Source of the DNA: Dehalococcoidia bacterium
GTDB taxonomy: Bacteria > Chloroflexota > Dehalococcoidia > Lucifugimonadales > UBA3495
NCBI GenBank assembly: GCA_030740155.1
Contig: JASLXV010000058.1
Location: 22,407-86,406, forward strand
Direction of reading: 5' to 3'
Length of the DNA stretch: 64,000 bases
Within the stretch, counting starts at the first letter, position 1. Every line of letters begins with the position of its first letter. Shown in pieces: positions 16,955 to 25,411 of the stretch. A program made the position numbers and the translations under genes. The notes under the pieces are model-generated. The model was given only the letters and a program-made list of their open reading frames with translations. It was not told where the DNA came from and did no database searches.

Positions 16955-18211
16955 ATGCAAGCGTTAGTCGGAGCCAACCTCATTGATGGAACCGGAGGGC
17001 CGGTGGTCAACGACGCCACGGTGCTCATCGATGGTGAACGCATCAAAGCTGTCGGGCCGCGAGGGGCCGTGATCCTGCCTCCGAACACCGGCGTCGTGGA
17101 CCTATCCGGGCTGACCCTGCTGCCCGGCCTCATCGACTGTCACGACCACCTGGCCTCCCGGAACTACGACTTGGCCAGCCGCTGGGGCCTCAGCGAGCCG
17201 GCCTCCCTGCGGCATCTGCGGGTAGCCAAGACCCTGGAGCAGACCCTGGCCTCCGGATACACCTGCGTGCGCGATGCCGCCTGGCTGGACGCCGGCTTCA
17301 AGCAGGCGGTGGAAGAGGGGCTGTATCCGGGGCCCCGGCTGGTCCTTTCTGTGGTAATAATCTCCCCCACCGGCGGCCTCGGCGATCACATTTGCCCCGC
17401 GGGTCACCGCCGCCCCTTCCATACCGATCCCCTGCTGCCCTCCGGCGTTGCCGACGGCGTGGACGCGGTTCGGGCCAAGGTGAGGGAGATGGTCCGCGTG
17501 GGGGCCGACGTTATCAAGTTCGGGACCACCGGCGGGGCCAGCTCCCGGCGGGGCCACGGCCCCAGGGACATCGCCTTCGGGCCGGATGAGGTCAAAGCCC
17601 TGGTGGATGAAGCCGCCGCCCTGGGCCGCAAGACCATGTGCCACGCCCTAGCGGGGCCCGGGCTGCGCATGGCTGTCGAGGCCGGCGCCGGGTCGATCGA
17701 CCACGGGTGTTACCTGGCGGAGGAGCCGGACCTGCTCAAGATGATGGCGGACAAGGGTATCTTCTTCGTGCCCACCCTTGAAGTGTACGAGTTTCACTCC
17801 ACGGTCAGCGCGCCCCACGTCCAGGAGCGGGCCAAAGCCCTGTTGCAGATTCACCGGGAGAGCATTCAGCAGGCGCTGGCCGCCGGGGTCAAGGTGGTGG
17901 CCGGCACCGACGCCGGCGGGTACGTCCACGGCGATAACGCCCACGAAATCCAGCTCCTGGTGGATCGGGGGCTGTCGCCCATGCAGGGCATCCAGGCCGC
18001 CACCGGCTGGGCCGCTGAGTGCGTGGGACTGGAGAAAGAGATCGGCACCCTGGAGGCGGGCAAGCTGGCCGACCTTTTGGTGGTCGACGGGGACCCGTTA
18101 CGGGACGTCGGAGTGCTGCGTGACCATAGTCGCATCAAGCTGGTGATGAAAGGTGGCGAGGCATTCGTTAACCGGTTGCCTTCTTCGGTGCCCGAGCCGG
18201 TGGGCGGGTAG
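16955..18211 (+). CDS. Amidohydrolase family metal-dependent hydrolase
   Basis: LIDGTGGPVVNDATVLIDGERIKAVG...LPGLIDCHDHL N-terminal signature and GTDAG/HGD motifs. Start set at ATG 16955, preceded by AGGAGG. Confidence 0.8.
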   Translation: MQALVGANLIDGTGGPVVNDATVLIDGERIKAVGPRGAVILPPNTGVVDLSGLTLLPGLIDCHDHLASRNYDLASRWGLSEPASLRHLRVAKTLEQTLASGYTCVRDAAWLDAGFKQAVEEGLYPGPRLVLSVVIISPTGGLGDHICPAGHRRPFHTDPLLPSGVADGVDAVRAKVREMVRVGADVIKFGTTGGASSRRGHGPRDIAFGPDEVKALVDEAAALGRKTMCHALAGPGLRMAVEAGAGSIDHGCYLAEEPDLLKMMADKGIFFVPTLEVYEFHSTVSAPHVQERAKALLQIHRESIQQALAAGVKVVAGTDAGGYVHGDNAHEIQLLVDRGLSPMQGIQAATGWAAECVGLEKEIGTLEAGKLADLLVVDGDPLRDVGVLRDHSRIKLVMKGGEAFVNRLPSSVPEPVGG

Positions 18212-18276
18212 CTCTGGTATACTGTCAGCCGCCGTCAACCCGGTATCCTGTTGCCGGCGGCTGAGTGTACCAACAA

Positions 18277-19023
18277 ATGCGCTTTCACATCCTCACCCTC
18301 TTCACTGAAGCTTTCGAGGGGCCTTTCCAGCACAGCATGCTTGGCCTGGCGTGCCGGCGGGGCCTGATCTCCATCCAAATCACCGACATCCGTTCCTACA
18401 CCCACGACGCCCACGGCACCGCCGACGACTACCAGTTCGGTGGAGGCCACGGCATGGTCCTCAAGCCGGAGCCCGTCTTCGAGGCGGTGGAAGACGTTCT
18501 GAAGAGGTATCCACCGGAGGAGCAGGGAACCATTCCGTTAGTCTTGCTCACGCCCCAGGGCGAGACGTTCAACCAGAAGATGGTGCAAGAATTGGCCCTG
18601 GCCCCGGCCCTGGTGCTGATCTGTGGCCACTACGCCGGCGAAGACGAGCGGATCCGCCACCCCCTGGCAACCCGCGAGGTCAGCATGGGTGATTTCGTGC
18701 TCACCGGCGGGGAGTTGCCGGCCATGGTGATGGTGGATGCTGTTGCCCGGCTGATTCCCGGCGTGGTGGGCTCCCAGGAGAACGTGGAGGAAGACTCCAT
18801 AACCTCAGGCCTGCTGCAGCACCCGCTGTACACCCGTCCGGCCGAGTACCGGGGCCTGGCCGTTCCGGAAGTCCTGCGCTCCGGGCACCACGCCGAGATC
18901 GCCCGTTGGCGCCGCCGGGAGTCTTTGAGGCGCACCCTGGAGCGGCGCCCCGACCTCTTGGAATTCGCCGATTTGACCGCCGAGGACCTGGAATTTCTCC
19001 GGTCTCTGGGCTATCAGCGATGA
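18277..19023 (+). CDS. trmD: tRNA (guanine37-N1)-methyltransferase
   Basis: MRFHILTLFTEAFEGPFQHSMLGLA...DDYQFGGGHGMVLKPEP...LICGHYAGEDERI, the typical TrmD SPOUT sequence. Confidence 0.9.
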   Translation: MRFHILTLFTEAFEGPFQHSMLGLACRRGLISIQITDIRSYTHDAHGTADDYQFGGGHGMVLKPEPVFEAVEDVLKRYPPEEQGTIPLVLLTPQGETFNQKMVQELALAPALVLICGHYAGEDERIRHPLATREVSMGDFVLTGGELPAMVMVDAVARLIPGVVGSQENVEEDSITSGLLQHPLYTRPAEYRGLAVPEVLRSGHHAEIARWRRRESLRRTLERRPDLLEFADLTAEDLEFLRSLGYQR

Positions 19024-19138
19024 AGGCTCCTTGCGAACCAATGACCGCGAGCTGACTTTTGTTGGAATGCACACCGGTGGAATGCGCCCCGGCCGCTTGA
19101 TCCGGCCAGAGCAGCCGTCAGCCACAGGACGATAATCA

Positions 19139-19618
19139 ATGGCCAAAGCCGAATACAAGTTCCGAACGCAACTTCGAGTACGCTGGGGGGAGTGCGACGC
19201 TCAGGGGATCGCTTTTAACGGGTCCTATATGAGCTACCTGGAAGAGGGGCAGGCGGCGTACTTCCGAAACCTGGGGTTCAGCATCTACCGGATCGCCCGG
19301 CGGGGCTACTTCGACAGCGCGGTGGTCAGAACCGTCCTGGAATTCAAGGCCCCGGCTCGCGTCGAAGACATTTTGGACCTCTACGTCCGCGTGAGCCACA
19401 TCGGCAACACCAGCCTGCACCTGGATATCGAGGTATATCCCGAGGACTCCGACCGGCTGACGAGCACGTTGCAGGCGGTGTACGTGGGCTTCCACGCGGA
19501 GACGGTTACCACCCGCCCGGTGCCCGGCGAAATTCGTGAGTTGGTGAACCATTTCGAGGCGACCGGCGAGGTGCTGCCTTTGGAACGCTTTCCCCAACTG
19601 GCCGAAGCGGCCCGTTAA
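19139..19618 (+). CDS. Acyl-CoA thioesterase (4HBT/YbgC-like hotdog fold)
   Basis: 159-aa ORF. LRVRWGECDAQGIAFNGSYMSYLEEG matches the 4HBT thioesterase N-terminal motif. Confidence 0.75.
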   Translation: MAKAEYKFRTQLRVRWGECDAQGIAFNGSYMSYLEEGQAAYFRNLGFSIYRIARRGYFDSAVVRTVLEFKAPARVEDILDLYVRVSHIGNTSLHLDIEVYPEDSDRLTSTLQAVYVGFHAETVTTRPVPGEIRELVNHFEATGEVLPLERFPQLAEAAR

Positions 19619-19672
19619 CGCCGGATTCGAGGTTCACTGGGCCGGGGAAATAGCGGGCCGCCGGGCCCTCGG

Positions 19673-19701
19673 TTGCCTGTACCCGGCTTTCCCCTTATTA
19701 T
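19673..19701 (+). promoter_or_regulatory. Candidate promoter upstream of the tandem crotonase genes
   Basis: TTGCCT-gtacccggctttcccct(17 nt)-TATTAT, about 105 nt upstream of ATG 19807. Confidence 0.35.
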
Positions 19702-19806
19702 AGTACCGGCGAGCCGCCCCTCACTTTGACGGGGCAGGTCCGGACGAATGCGTACGATCTCCTCTGGGTCGGCCCAGAAGAGGAAAACATCACGGAGGTT
19801 CAGTAG

Positions 19807-20667
19807 ATGGAATACAAACATGTTCTGTACGAAAAGGATGGCCCGGTCGTCAGGATCACGATGAACCGGCCGGAAAAACTGAACGTAATAGACTTCCCCG
19901 GCCAGGGCGGCATCCTCGACAATTTCTACGCCGCCCTTGGGGAGGCCGAGGAAGATGACGAAGTAAAAGTGGTGGTGATTCGAGGCGCCGGCCGGTCCTT
20001 CTGCGCGGGGCATGACCTGGAGGTCGTGGGTTTCATCTATGGCATCGGCACCGGCCAGCCTAACGAGCGCCGGGCCAGCCAGCGCATCCGCCTCAAGGTG
20101 GACCGGAAGTGGATGGAGAACCACCTGAAGCTGCTCACCTTCCCCAAGATCACCATCGCCCAGGTCCAGGGCCACTGCATCGGCGAGGGCGCGCTCATGA
20201 TGGAGTTTTGCGACCTTGCCGTGGTCGCCGAAGACGCCCAGATCGCCCATGCCGAGCAGCGTCTTGGCTTCTCCGGTAGCGGGTTGAACCTGCTTCCCCT
20301 GTACCTCACCGTTGGGTACAAGCGGGCCAGGGAGCTGCTGCTCCGGGGCCGCGCCATCAGCGGCACGGAGGCCGTCGCCATGGGCCTGGCCAACCGGGCC
20401 GTTCCCCTGGACCAGTTGGAAGCAACGGTGCAGGAGTATATCGACGATATGGCCCGGCTTCCGTTGGACGGCATCGCCATCGGCAAGGCCACCAACCACT
20501 GGATCCTCGACACGTTGGGCGCCACTTCCGGGCTGATCCAGGGCTACATCAGCCACACCATGTTCACCAACCTGCGCTTCGAGCCGGGGGAGTACAACTT
20601 CTTCCGGGAGCGGCGCGGCGCCGGCACCCGCGAAGCCTTCCACGCCCGCGACGACCGGTACGAGTAG
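19807..20667 (+). CDS. Enoyl-CoA hydratase/isomerase (crotonase) family protein, paralog 1
   Basis: 286 aa. ITMNRPEKLNV...VVVIRGAGRSFCAGHDL is the crotonase oxyanion-hole region. Confidence 0.85.
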   Translation: MEYKHVLYEKDGPVVRITMNRPEKLNVIDFPGQGGILDNFYAALGEAEEDDEVKVVVIRGAGRSFCAGHDLEVVGFIYGIGTGQPNERRASQRIRLKVDRKWMENHLKLLTFPKITIAQVQGHCIGEGALMMEFCDLAVVAEDAQIAHAEQRLGFSGSGLNLLPLYLTVGYKRARELLLRGRAISGTEAVAMGLANRAVPLDQLEATVQEYIDDMARLPLDGIAIGKATNHWILDTLGATSGLIQGYISHTMFTNLRFEPGEYNFFRERRGAGTREAFHARDDRYE

Positions 20668-20798
20668 GCGATCAGCCGCCGCCATCGGGCTGGTGGCCGC
20701 GGCGCCGTGTGCCTGTCCGGAATGGAGGCTCGGTAAATGGCGAATACCCTCCCTCGGCATGGGCTAAGGGAGAGAAAATCTATGGAGGTTACCGGGTA

Positions 20799-21659
20799 AT
20801 GGACTACAAATACGTGTTGTACGAAAAAGAAGGCCAGGCTGTCAGGATAACCTTGAACCGGCCGGAAAAACTGAACGTAATAGACTTCCCCGGCCAGGGC
20901 GGCATCCTGGACAATTTCTACGACGCACTGTCCGAGGCCGAGGATGACGACGATGTGAAAGTGGTGGTGATTCGAGGCGCAGGCCGGTCCTTCTGCGCCG
21001 GGCACGACCTGGAAGGCGTGGGCTTTATCTACGGCTTCGGCACCGGCCAACCCGGTGAGCGCCGGGCCAGCCAGCGGATCCGCCTCAAGGTGGACCGGAG
21101 GTGGATGGAGCTACACCTCAAGCTTCTCACCTTTCCCAAGATCACGATCTGCCAGGTACACGGCCACTGCATCGGCGAGGGCACCCTCATGATGGAGTAT
21201 TGCGACCTGGCCATCGTCGCCGAGGATGCCCAGATCTCCCACTCGGAGCAGCGGCTGGGTTTCTCCGGCAGCGGAAGCAACCTGCTGCCGTTATACCTCA
21301 CCGTTGGGTACAAGCGGGCCAGGGAGCTGCTGCTCCGGGGCCGCGCCATCAGCGGGACCGAAGCCGCCGCCATGGGCCTGGCCAATCGGGCCGTTCCCCT
21401 GGAGCGGTTGGAGGCCGCGGTGCAGGAATATGTCGATGACATGGTCCGGCTTCCGCTTGATGGCATCTCCATCGGCAAGGCTACCAACCACTGGATCCTG
21501 GACATCCTGGGCGCTACGACCGGTATGATCCAGGGATACCAGACCCACACCCTGTTTACCAACATTCGTTTCGAGCCGGGGGAATTCAGCTTCTTCCGGG
21601 AGCGGCGCAACCAAGGCGCCCGCGCCGCTTTCCACGCCCGCGACGACCGGTACACCTAG
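20799..21659 (+). CDS. Enoyl-CoA hydratase/isomerase (crotonase) family protein, paralog 2 (tandem duplicate)
   Basis: 286 aa from ATG 20799, preceded by GGAGG. It aligns without gaps to paralog 1, with 44 differences in 286 positions by manual alignment. Confidence 0.85.
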   Translation: MDYKYVLYEKEGQAVRITLNRPEKLNVIDFPGQGGILDNFYDALSEAEDDDDVKVVVIRGAGRSFCAGHDLEGVGFIYGFGTGQPGERRASQRIRLKVDRRWMELHLKLLTFPKITICQVHGHCIGEGTLMMEYCDLAIVAEDAQISHSEQRLGFSGSGSNLLPLYLTVGYKRARELLLRGRAISGTEAAAMGLANRAVPLERLEAAVQEYVDDMVRLPLDGISIGKATNHWILDILGATTGMIQGYQTHTLFTNIRFEPGEFSFFRERRNQGARAAFHARDDRYT

Positions 21660-21674
21660 GAGTTGCGCAACCGT

Positions 21675-21717
21675 CAATCAGCCGCCAGCCTTCTAGGCGA
21701 TGGCTGGCGGCTGATTG
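21675..21717 (+). terminator. Perfect 16-bp inverted repeat (hairpin) after crotonase paralog 2; no T-tract
   Basis: caatcagccgccagcc-ttctaggcgat-ggctggcggctgattg. Lies between the stop at 21659 and the next ATG at 21728. Confidence 0.35.
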
Positions 21718-21727
21718 CGAGCGGCAG

Positions 21728-22588
21728 ATGAATCAAAACAGCCCAGACGTATACCATATAAACCCGGCCGGCGGCCTGGCCTTGGCCTGGGTCAACAGCT
21801 ACTCCGGCACGGTGATCAAGACCCCCGGCGCCACGCTGCTCTTCGATCCGGTGAGCCTTGCAGTGCCGGAGGACATCTGCCTGGACCTGATCGCCATCAG
21901 CCACGGGCACACCGACCACTGGGACCCGCCGCTGGTCACCGCCCTCCACCAACGCACCCGGGCGGTGGTGGCGACCTCGCATTTCCTGGCCTCTCGAGTG
22001 CCTGCCATACCTCCTCAATCCGTTGAAACAGCTCCCACCTCGGCTGGGCAAGGCAGCTTTGGAAGCACCCCCCACCCGGGCACGCATCCGGACCCGGGGG
22101 CCACTTGCAGTGCGGAGAATCCGCCTCCGGGTAGCGTAGTAGCCCTCGAGCCGGGAGAGTGGGTGCGGGTCGGAGACGTAACCGTCGCCGCCCTTCGCTG
22201 CGACCACGCCGCCGAGGAGCCGCTGTCCTTCTTGGTGCGGACCGACGACAACCTGGTGGTGTATCTTCCGGGGGACAGCACTCCCTTTCCGACCATGACC
22301 CGGCTCCCACACGTGCCTATACCAGGCTCCTCATCTTCGAACATGGACGGGCGGCAGGCGGAGATGCATGTGGATATCCTGCTCTGGATGGGCACAGCCC
22401 TGGAAGATGGAGCGCGAATCGCCCGGCTGGTGCAGCCGAAGGTTCTGGTGTCCTATGCCATCACGCCGCCGGCCGCGGGTGTCCGGGCCATGGGCCTGCT
22501 GACCCGTCTCACCCCAGAGATCCCGGTCTACACCCTGGAGCGCAACCAGGTGTTCATGTATCCCCCTGAGCCCGGACCGGCCCCCTGA
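21728..22588 (+). CDS. MBL-fold metallo-hydrolase with a Pro/Gly-rich insertion
   Basis: LIAISHGHTDHWD (HxHxDH motif). A low-complexity insertion (PQSVETAPTSAGQGSFGSTPHPGTHPDPGAT) splits the fold. Confidence 0.6.
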   Translation: MNQNSPDVYHINPAGGLALAWVNSYSGTVIKTPGATLLFDPVSLAVPEDICLDLIAISHGHTDHWDPPLVTALHQRTRAVVATSHFLASRVPAIPPQSVETAPTSAGQGSFGSTPHPGTHPDPGATCSAENPPPGSVVALEPGEWVRVGDVTVAALRCDHAAEEPLSFLVRTDDNLVVYLPGDSTPFPTMTRLPHVPIPGSSSSNMDGRQAEMHVDILLWMGTALEDGARIARLVQPKVLVSYAITPPAAGVRAMGLLTRLTPEIPVYTLERNQVFMYPPEPGPAP

Positions 22589-22625
22589 ACCACCGGCAAA
22601 GCTGCTGGGGAGCTACGTGGGGTTA

Positions 22626-22697
22626 GCCACGGAGGCACAGAGAACACAGAGATATAAAAAGGACGTATTAACTCGGTGTCCTCTGTGCCCCTGTGGC
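22626..22697. repeat. Palindromic intergenic element, 'CACAGAG' family, copy 3
   Basis: gccacggaggcacagagaacacagagat ... ggtgtcctctgtgcccctgtggc. Same termini as the copies at 1411 and 3040. Confidence 0.75.
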
Positions 22698-22751
22698 CAT
22701 TCCCCGTAAATCACTCCTGATGCAAAACCCCAACGACGGGCCGCCCGGCGA

Positions 22752-23165
22752 TTACCTGGCCACGCCGAAAGCGGTCCCGACGACCACCGGCTCGCCGCGC
22801 TGGTTTTCACACCAGACTCGGAGATCCACGCGCTTTCCGGCCTCCGTCGACTCCTGCTTCTCCACGGTCCCCTTCGGAGTTATGATGTCGCCTGGCTCGA
22901 CGGCTCGGGTGAAGGCCACCTTTATCCCGCCGTTTCCCAGCCAGTCCGCTCCGAAGTAGTCGATCATCAACTCCGTCAGGTAGGTCTGAAACATCGTTCC
23001 GGAGGCGATGGGTCCGGACAGGCCGCAGGCCTTGGCATACTCCACGTCCGTGTGGATGTTCTTGACCGGCCACCCGGAGAACCCGCGCATCCGCTCCAGC
23101 GTCACCGTCTTGGGTTTGCCGGAGAAAGTGTGACCCTCGGTAGTATTCCGTGCCGTGGTACTCAT
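22752..23165 (-). CDS. MaoC-like (R)-specific dehydratase, hotdog fold (probable catalytic subunit)
   Basis: 137 aa. VKNIHTDVEYAKACGLSGPIASG resembles the hydratase-2 region (xNPIHxDxxxAxxxGxxxxIAxG). Confidence 0.7.
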   Translation of the reverse strand: MSTTARNTTEGHTFSGKPKTVTLERMRGFSGWPVKNIHTDVEYAKACGLSGPIASGTMFQTYLTELMIDYFGADWLGNGGIKVAFTRAVEPGDIITPKGTVEKQESTEAGKRVDLRVWCENQRGEPVVVGTAFGVAR

Positions 23166-23169
23166 GAGT

Positions 23170-23598
23170 CTACTTCCTCCTGCTACTGGTTGTGGTCATT
23201 TTCTTGCGCATGATTGTGACCCCATCCTCGTCGACGACAACGCAATCGATCACCCTGAATACCCGGCCTCGTCTCTCATAACAGTCGGCAACTTTCCAGT
23301 TCGCCTGGAAGGTCTTGCCCACCCTGCCCGGAGCGAGAAACTCCACCTCATCCTTGGCATGGATGCCGGCCACGCCTTCCGGGAGGAAGTAGGATGGGCT
23401 CCTGGTCGAGTTGGTCTGATTGAGAAAAAGACCGGGATGGACCACCGGTCCGCCGCCGTATCCTCCTTCGGTGTATCGGGGGTCGTGGTCTTCAACCGCG
23501 TCAATGAAGCGCTGATTGAACTCCGGGGTAACTTTGAACACGAAGGGCTCCAGTTCCTCGCCCACTTCATAATCGTCCAACGATTTGCGTGTTGTCAT
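23170..23598 (-). CDS. MaoC-N-terminal-like hotdog protein (probable non-catalytic partner), copy 1
   Basis: 142 aa, ending 4 nt upstream of the MaoC gene. Paralog of 23841-24269, with 28 differences in 142 positions by manual alignment. Confidence 0.65.
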   Translation of the reverse strand: MTTRKSLDDYEVGEELEPFVFKVTPEFNQRFIDAVEDHDPRYTEGGYGGGPVVHPGLFLNQTNSTRSPSYFLPEGVAGIHAKDEVEFLAPGRVGKTFQANWKVADCYERRGRVFRVIDCVVVDEDGVTIMRKKMTTTSSRRK

Positions 23599-23736
23599 CG
23601 CTCTCGCCTCGGGGCCGTCATGGCCCTGTCTTGCCGGTCCGGGATGCTGTTTCGCGGCGACCCTACCTCAAAGGCGACCGGCCAAGCTAAACCGAGCCGC
23701 CACGACTCATGAAAGGCCCTATCCGGATTGATTGGA

Positions 23737-23765
23737 ATTGTAGTGACAGTGCCGAACGTCGTCAA
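23737..23765 (-). promoter_or_regulatory. Candidate promoter of hotdog copy 1 (duplicated with the gene)
   Basis: The minus strand reads TTGACG-acgttcggcactgtcac(17 nt)-TACAAT, about 130 nt upstream of ATG 23598. Confidence 0.55.
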
Positions 23766-23840
23766 CTCCAACGTCAACGTATCGGGTTAGCCTGAGAAGT
23801 TGTGGCCCTCGGAAATATTCGGTGATGTAGTGCTCGCGGC

Positions 23841-24269
23841 CTACGTCCTCTTGGTATAGGTTGTGGTCAACTTCTTGCGCATGATCGTGACCCCATTCTC
23901 ATCGACGACAACGCAATCGATGAACCGGAATATCCGGCCTCGCTTCTCGTAATTGCCGGCCATCTTCCAGGTCACCCGGAAGGTCTGGCCCACCCGGCCC
24001 GGGGCGAGAAACTCCACCTCATCCCTGGCATGGATGCCGGCCACGCCCTCCGGAAGAAAGTACGAAGGGCTCCTGGTCGAGTTGGTCTGGTTGAGGAAAA
24101 GGCCGGGATGTACCAGCGGTCCGCCGCCGTCTCCCCCTTCGACGTACCGGGGGTCGTCGTCTTCAACCGCGTCGATGAAGCGCTGGTTGAATTCCGGGGT
24201 AACCGTGAACTCGAAGGGCTCGAACTCCTCGCCGATCTCATACTGGTCCACCGTCTTGCGTGTTGTCAT
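23841..24269 (-). CDS. MaoC-N-terminal-like hotdog protein, copy 2
   Basis: 142 aa: MTTRKTVDQYEIGEEFEPFEFTVTPEFNQRFIDAVEDDDPRY.... Tandem paralog of 23170-23598. Confidence 0.65.
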   Translation of the reverse strand: MTTRKTVDQYEIGEEFEPFEFTVTPEFNQRFIDAVEDDDPRYVEGGDGGGPLVHPGLFLNQTNSTRSPSYFLPEGVAGIHARDEVEFLAPGRVGQTFRVTWKMAGNYEKRGRIFRFIDCVVVDENGVTIMRKKLTTTYTKRT

Positions 24270-24406
24270 TGCTTTCGCCTCCGGGCGGTCATGGCCCTGT
24301 CTTGCTGCTCCAAGATGCTTGTTCGCGGCGGCCTTTCGCCGGGGTGTCCGGGCTACCTATTTCGAGTCGCCCGGATTCAAGAAAGGCACTGCCCGCGCTG
24401 ATTGGA

Positions 24407-24435
24407 ATTGTAGTGACACCACCGAACGTCGTCAA
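24407..24435 (-). promoter_or_regulatory. Candidate promoter of hotdog copy 2
   Basis: The minus strand reads TTGACG-acgttcggtggtgtcac(17 nt)-TACAAT. Hexamers and spacing are the same as at 23737-23765. Confidence 0.55.
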
Positions 24436-24645
24436 CCAACGCGTCCTGGCTTCATGGTCATTTGGCTTTTTCAAAGGAAGATCGCAATAGGTGAGAGGGA
24501 TGGAGCTACAATGATAAGGCCCCCAAGACACCGCCCCATTGACGATAATCGCCACGCCCGATAGACTAACGTGGGTTCGTGCGGCGGCGGCAGGGGGTGG
24601 TGCGCCCTCTCATGACCCGAGACATCCTTACTGAATCAATGGAGA

Positions 24646-25371
24646 ATGGCTTGCTGCCCTATGGCTAAACTGTTTGACCTACACATACACACCACCAAGG
24701 GTAGCAGCGACAGCAGCTTGACCCCCGAAGAACTGGTGCTGGAGGCGGAAGGGCTTGGGCTCTTTGGCCTCTGCCTCACCGAGCACGCCGGCCCCTGGGA
24801 GCGCCACGAGTTCGAGCGCTTCGCCGCCCGCCACAACGTTGTCTTGGTGCGGGCCATGGAAGTTGAGACCGACATGGGCCACATGCTGGCCTTCGGTATG
24901 GACCAATACCAGGGCGGCTTCAACAAAGCCTCCGGGCTGCGCAAAGCCGCCGACCTGGAGGGCGGGTTCGTGGTGTCGGCCCACCCCTTCCGCGGGGTAT
25001 TCAGCCAGGGGAAGGCAGGCTCCCTCCTGTACAAAGCGTTGCCCGACCCGCTGCCCACAGTACCGGAGGACGCCATCGGGCACCCGGTATTCAAGCTGGC
25101 CCACGCTGTTGAGGTCGCCAACGGGGGCACGATTGACGAGGAAAACGACTTTGCAATGCGGGTGGCCGGCCTTCTGGGTCTGCCGGTGACCGGCGGCAGC
25201 GACGCCCATTCAGCCCACGGCCTGGGCCGCTTCGTAACCGACTTCGACGACGAGATCAACAACGAGCAGGAGTTTCTGGCCGCTCTCCACTCGGGGAGAT
25301 ACCACGCCGCCGTGGGGCTCCGCTTCGGGCGCCTCCGCCCGTACACGTTGCAGGCGGCAGCCGGCCGATAG
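24646..25371 (+). CDS. PHP (polymerase/histidinol phosphatase) domain metal-dependent phosphoesterase
   Basis: FDLHIHTTKGSSDS...CLTEH...GGSDAHS motifs. The start could be ATG 24646 or ATG 24661. Confidence 0.7.
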   Translation: MACCPMAKLFDLHIHTTKGSSDSSLTPEELVLEAEGLGLFGLCLTEHAGPWERHEFERFAARHNVVLVRAMEVETDMGHMLAFGMDQYQGGFNKASGLRKAADLEGGFVVSAHPFRGVFSQGKAGSLLYKALPDPLPTVPEDAIGHPVFKLAHAVEVANGGTIDEENDFAMRVAGLLGLPVTGGSDAHSAHGLGRFVTDFDDEINNEQEFLAALHSGRYHAAVGLRFGRLRPYTLQAAAGR

Positions 25372-25411
25372 CCGACAGCTCTTATCCCACCGCATCATTG
25401 GTTTACCAGCA

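Noticed and set aside
1411-22697. Possibility that the repeated CACAGAG-type sequences represent a CRISPR array.
   Set aside because: The copies are inverted-repeat hairpins at three separate intergenic loci. They are not regularly spaced direct repeats with unique spacers, and no cas genes are present in the window.
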